The translations under genes were made by a program, and so were the position numbers. From NCBI GenBank assembly GCA_965215335.1, contig CBDCDA010000001.1, positions 1,216,001 to 1,280,000 of the forward strand: DNA of 64,000 bases, given 5' to 3'. The DNA comes from an uncultured Candidatus Entotheonella sp. Lineage in GTDB: Bacteria; Tectomicrobia; Entotheonellia; Entotheonellales; Entotheonellaceae. Shown piece after piece: positions 60,017 to 64,000 of this stretch (positions within the stretch are counted from its first letter, which is position 1; each line of letters starts with the position of its first letter). The notes beneath the pieces are model-generated. The model made no database searches. It saw nothing but the letters and a program-made list of their open reading frames with translations, and was not told the DNA's origin.

Positions 60017-60589
60017 ATGGTGGAAGGGCTGCCAAGCCTCACCACTCATGCAGGAGATTACACCGTGAAGCACTCTACCATGCTCGCTGACCTGTTCCAA
60101 TCCATCTTTGGCTTGCACCGCGCCCGTATCACCTGTCTGGCGACTCTCATCTACAGCAAACGTAAATTCCTTGACGGACTCCGCGCCCTGGGGCTGCATC
60201 AGATTGGCAAGCTGCGCCGCGGCGCCAATCTGCGCTATCTCTACCAGGGACCGGGTCGCCCAGGACCTGGGCGACCCAAGACCCATGACGGCAAGGTTCA
60301 TTGGGACGACCTGTCACGCTTTGAGCGTGTGCTGCATGTTCACTTCAATGCGAGCCTGAGTGCTCTGATCTCGGGCAAACTGGCAGCTCGGCAGCAAGGC
60401 GGCGCTAGCCAGGCAGGATTTTCCATGGCGAGTGTCAAACGGCGCGCCTTCAACCAACACCTGCTTGAGCGAATTTCTCGGTATTTGCCCCAGGGGCATA
60501 GCCTGGAAGAATCCAGCCTCGATCACCAAGACCTTTGCAACTATGGCACGATCACTGACAGGGTGGCCTAAATTCTGTCCGAGTATTGC
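60017..60589 (+). mobile_element. Internally deleted DDE transposase remnant (IS4/IS701-like)
   Basis: YSKRKFLDG..LGLHQIGKLRR.ANLRYLY.G...GRPKTHDGKV; LHVHFNASL. Confidence 0.65.
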
Positions 60590-60657
60590 TCAATGGACAC
60601 AGAGTAAATACGATTGACCCGTGTAAGCAGGTTCGAGCAAATAGGACGGAATGGCAA

Positions 60658-61455
60658 ATGGCCCTGATACCCTTCCGCCTGACCTGGCGCAACCCGATCT
60701 TCCGCGGCGCACTGGAGGCCATGACGCACCGTGGCACGGGCTGGACGCACGGTCTGAACGTCGCCGCGGTGCTATCGCTGGTGCTGTTCATCACATGGCC
60801 GAAGGAAGGTTTTCTGAGCCTGCGCGACCTGCCGTTCGCCTACAACGCCATGGGCGGCACGGCAACGATCATCCTGTCCTACCTCAACTTCACGCAAGGC
60901 GCGCGCAACCTGCTGGGGGGTCAGGACGCCACCCTGCGCGACTGGCTGGCGTTCATGCCGCTGCCGATCGGCACGTTCCTGCGCGGCTACCTGGCGGCGG
61001 GCGGCGTCGAGATGCTGTTCTTCTGGGGCCTGTCGTGGCCCCTGTTGCTGCTGGCCGCCGGCGTCTCGGGCGAGTCGCTCATTCACCTCGGCACCGGCAT
61101 GCTCGTGCTGCTGGCGTGTCTGGCGGCGTACCGGATCATCGGCGTCACGCTGCTGGTCTGGTTCGAGCGCGACGACTTCATTCTCTACATCCTGGTGCGC
61201 GTCGTTTACCTGTGGTTCATCCTGGTCAGCGGCTTCGTGTGGCCGCTCGCCAATCCGGTACTGGCGTTCATCGACACCAGCATCTGGCCGCAGCGCCTGC
61301 CCACTGTCAGCCTCATGGGGCACCCGATGCCGGGGTGGTCCGCTGTGGTGGCGCTGCATTTGATTCTGGGGGGTCTGTTTTTTATAATCGCCGCTTTGCG
61401 CACACGCCGGCTGCAACGCCGATTGGCTCTCCGCGACGATTTCAAAGCTTGCTAG
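60658..61455 (+). CDS. Multi-pass membrane protein (ABC-2 permease-like) of a MoxR operon
   Basis: About six hydrophobic segments; co-oriented with moxR. Confidence 0.65.
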   Translation: MALIPFRLTWRNPIFRGALEAMTHRGTGWTHGLNVAAVLSLVLFITWPKEGFLSLRDLPFAYNAMGGTATIILSYLNFTQGARNLLGGQDATLRDWLAFMPLPIGTFLRGYLAAGGVEMLFFWGLSWPLLLLAAGVSGESLIHLGTGMLVLLACLAAYRIIGVTLLVWFERDDFILYILVRVVYLWFILVSGFVWPLANPVLAFIDTSIWPQRLPTVSLMGHPMPGWSAVVALHLILGGLFFIIAALRTRRLQRRLALRDDFKAC

Positions 61456-61471
61456 CTGGAAGGTAGAGGCG

Positions 61472-62983
61472 ATGGATCAGTCGGGCCCCCTTGAGCAGGC
61501 CGTGACGCGGTTGCAGCGGCGCCACCGGTTCCTGCGGCGGCTGCGCCGCTCCCTGGACGCCGCCCTCGGCGGCCTCGCCGCCGCCTGCCTGGCGACGGTC
61601 TTGGTCGCCGCCGGTGTGTGGACAATCTCCATGCCGGCCGTCTACGCTCTCCTCACCTTCGCAACCTTCGGCGTCATCCTCTGCCTCAGTTGGCCGGGCC
61701 GTGGTTCCCCGCTGGACATGCTGGCCGCCACGGATCGCACCCTGCGCAGCCGCGAGCGCCTCAGCACCGCCTACGAGTACGGCAAGCAGCACGCCGACCA
61801 CCCCTTCAATGCCGCCCTGATGGCCGAGGCCGAGCGGCTGGCCCCCTGCGTCGAGCCGTGCCAGGTATTGCCGCTGCGTCTGCCGCGCCGGCTGTGGGCC
61901 GTCCCGGCCCTGCTGCTCGCCACCCTGGCCCTGCACTGGATCGAGCCCCCCTCGTGGTCGTTCGACACCCTCGGCGACGCGGATTTCAGCCGCCAGGTGG
62001 CGCGTGAGGGCCAGCGCCTCGAACAGTGGGGCAACGAACTGGAACGGCTCGCCAGACAGGAGCACCTGGACCGCAGCCTCATCCTGGCGCGCCAACTGCA
62101 GGATCTCGGCAGGCACCTGCAGGACGAGCGCGCGCCGCAAGATGCCTTCATGGGCCGCATCTCCAGCCTGTCGGATTACCTTCAGCGCCTGCGCGAGGAA
62201 CTGCGTGAACGGGCCCTGACGAGCGGCATGGGCCGGTTAGCGGTGCCCGACACGCTGCCGTCCGGCAAGAGCCTCAAGCAGGAGTTGCGCGACGTATTGA
62301 ACCTCCTGGATGACGAAACACCGTCGCGCGACCGGGTGGCGGCAGCCGAGCAGAGCCTGCAGCGCCTGCGTCAGCAGGCCGGCGGCAGGCCGGTTCCCGA
62401 GCTGGAGGCGCTGTTGCAAAACCTGCGCGTCGGCGACGTGCAGGCGGCGCGGCAATTGCTGCGCGAGGTCATCGAACAGCAGCAGGCCAGCGATGAACTC
62501 CAGCACCTCGAACGTGCCCGCCGCGCCCTGGAATACGCCTCCCGCAGCCTGCGGCAACAAGCGGACGGGCAACCCGGCGGCGACCCGGCGCCCGGCGCCC
62601 GGCAGGCGCAAAGCGACTTCGACCCCCGCAACTTCGGCGGCGAGTTCATGATGGAAGACCCGTACGGCATGGAGGCGTTCTCCGTCCCCGGCTCCGATGC
62701 CGGCTACGGCGTGTCCACCCGTGTCGATGCCCGTCCCGAACAGGCCCTGCGCGAGTCCGAGCAGCCCACGTCGCACGTCGATCTGCGCAACAACCCCGGC
62801 CCCACGCGCCTGCACTACATGCGCCGCCTGCCGATGGTCAACGAGGCGCAGGTGCCCGTGGCGGACGTCGCGGTGCAGTACCGGCAGGCCGCCGAGGAAG
62901 TGCTGACGCGCGAGGACATCCCGCGCGGCTATCGCGAGCAGATCAAGCAATACTTCCTGTCTCTGGGGGTGGTGCGGGAATAA
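61472..62983 (+). CDS. Membrane-anchored coiled-coil protein of a MoxR operon
   Basis: N-terminal TMs, RERLSTAYE, long Q/E/R coiled coil, C-terminal IPRGYREQIKQYF. Confidence 0.75.
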   Translation: MDQSGPLEQAVTRLQRRHRFLRRLRRSLDAALGGLAAACLATVLVAAGVWTISMPAVYALLTFATFGVILCLSWPGRGSPLDMLAATDRTLRSRERLSTAYEYGKQHADHPFNAALMAEAERLAPCVEPCQVLPLRLPRRLWAVPALLLATLALHWIEPPSWSFDTLGDADFSRQVAREGQRLEQWGNELERLARQEHLDRSLILARQLQDLGRHLQDERAPQDAFMGRISSLSDYLQRLREELRERALTSGMGRLAVPDTLPSGKSLKQELRDVLNLLDDETPSRDRVAAAEQSLQRLRQQAGGRPVPELEALLQNLRVGDVQAARQLLREVIEQQQASDELQHLERARRALEYASRSLRQQADGQPGGDPAPGARQAQSDFDPRNFGGEFMMEDPYGMEAFSVPGSDAGYGVSTRVDARPEQALRESEQPTSHVDLRNNPGPTRLHYMRRLPMVNEAQVPVADVAVQYRQAAEEVLTREDIPRGYREQIKQYFLSLGVVRE

Positions 62984-63054
62984 CGGAACGCCTGCGGAAC
63001 CGGCAGGCCGCCGCGTCTCCTCTGACGTCGATCAGGGGAGCAGATTGAAACGGA

Positions 63055-64000
63055 ATGAACATAACCGATCAGGTCATGCAATTCGGCGCCGACATGGCGC
63101 GCATCCGCGCCGAGATCGCCAAGGCCATCGTGGGGCATGGCGACATCGTTGACGGCCTGCTCACCTGCCTGCTGTGCGGCGGCCATGCCCTCCTCGAAGG
63201 CGTGCCCGGACTCGGCAAAACGCTGCTGGTCAAGAGCCTCGGCGCCGCCCTGCACCTGCAATTCTCGCGCATCCAGTTCACCCCCGACCTCATGCCGGCC
63301 GACATCATCGGCACCCGCGTGGTCCTCGAAGACGAGGCCGGGCAGCGCCATTTCGCCTTTCAGCCTGGCCCGGTCTTCAGCAACGTAGTGCTCGCCGACG
63401 AGATCAATCGCGCCACGCCGAAAACCCAGTCCGCCCTGCTCGAAGCCATGCAGGAGCAGACGGTGACGGTGGCCGGAACAGAACACAAGCTGCACCTGCC
63501 GTTCCTGGTGCTGGCCACCCAGAACCCGCTCGAAATGGACGGCACCTACCCGCTGCCCGAGGCGCAGCTCGACCGCTTCCTGCTGAAATTGCAGGTCAGC
63601 TACCCGTCGTTCGACGACCTCAGCGACATCGTTGACCGTACCACTCAGAGCGAGACGCGGGCGGCGGAACCGGTCGCCACGGCAACCGACGTCCTGGCAG
63701 CCCAGCGCCTGGTGCGCGACGTGCCGTTGGCCTCACACGTCAAGAGCTATGCCATTCGCCTGGTCATGGCCACCCACCCGCAGACGCCCCGCACCGCCGA
63801 CGTGGTGCGCGCCTACGTGCGCTACGGCTCCAGCCCGCGCGGCGTGCAGAGCCTGGTGCTGGCCGCCAAGGTGCGGGCGCTGTTCGACGGGCGCTTCAAC
63901 GTCAGCTTCGACGACCTGCGCGAGGTCGCCGTGCCCTGTCTGCGGCACCGCCTCATTCTCAATTTCGAGGGGGAGGCAGAAGACATCGACGCCGCTGACA
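63055..64000 (+). CDS. moxR: MoxR-family AAA+ ATPase, runs off the right edge
   Basis: Not in the track. EGVPGLGKT, RIQFTPDLMPADI, LADEINRATPKTQSALLEAM, ATQNPLE..GTYPLPEAQLDRF. Confidence 0.93.
   Translation, partial: MNITDQVMQFGADMARIRAEIAKAIVGHGDIVDGLLTCLLCGGHALLEGVPGLGKTLLVKSLGAALHLQFSRIQFTPDLMPADIIGTRVVLEDEAGQRHFAFQPGPVFSNVVLADEINRATPKTQSALLEAMQEQTVTVAGTEHKLHLPFLVLATQNPLEMDGTYPLPEAQLDRFLLKLQVSYPSFDDLSDIVDRTTQSETRAAEPVATATDVLAAQRLVRDVPLASHVKSYAIRLVMATHPQTPRTADVVRAYVRYGSSPRGVQSLVLAAKVRALFDGRFNVSFDDLREVAVPCLRHRLILNFEGEAEDIDAAD

Overview
GC-rich window from a Gram-negative bacterium (lpxK and lpxL present). Paralogous AAA/PD-(D/E)XK genes, many eroded genes and IS scars suggest a host-associated metagenome bin; a sponge-type symbiont is a guess, not shown. 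1-13.7 kb: a cluster typical of PQQ/lanthanide alcohol dehydrogenase accessory loci (lanpepsy-like double-PepSY protein, PAS kinase plus NarL regulator behind divergent sigma-54 promoters, PedA1/PedA2-like binding protein and YVTN propeller, cytochrome c-XoxJ fusion, Rieske protein, amidohydrolase, cupredoxin). It contains a Znu-type ABC importer whose permease is fused through an internal signal peptide to an outer-membrane barrel, and several usual His ligands appear replaced by Asp/Glu. This is my best candidate for an undescribed lanthanide/oxophilic-cation uptake system. 14-24 kb: glycan island (UDP-GlcA decarboxylase, three GT2s, sulfotransferase) with two AAA-PD-(D/E)XK paralogs. 25-33.7 kb: ThDP enzyme, a UGSC selenoprotein split by the ORF track at UGA and followed by a SECIS-like hairpin, and an aorABCDE-type aldehyde oxidoreductase operon. 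34-64 kb: menG/menB/menA, GXHH-type IleRS2, macrodomain, broken mgtE, CorC, a two-gene biotin carboxylase, lpxL/lpxK, protoglobin, a MoxR operon, two copies of a ~150 bp MITE and many pseudogene remnants. No rRNA, tRNA or CRISPR array was seen. Family assignments come from recalled motifs, not database searches.
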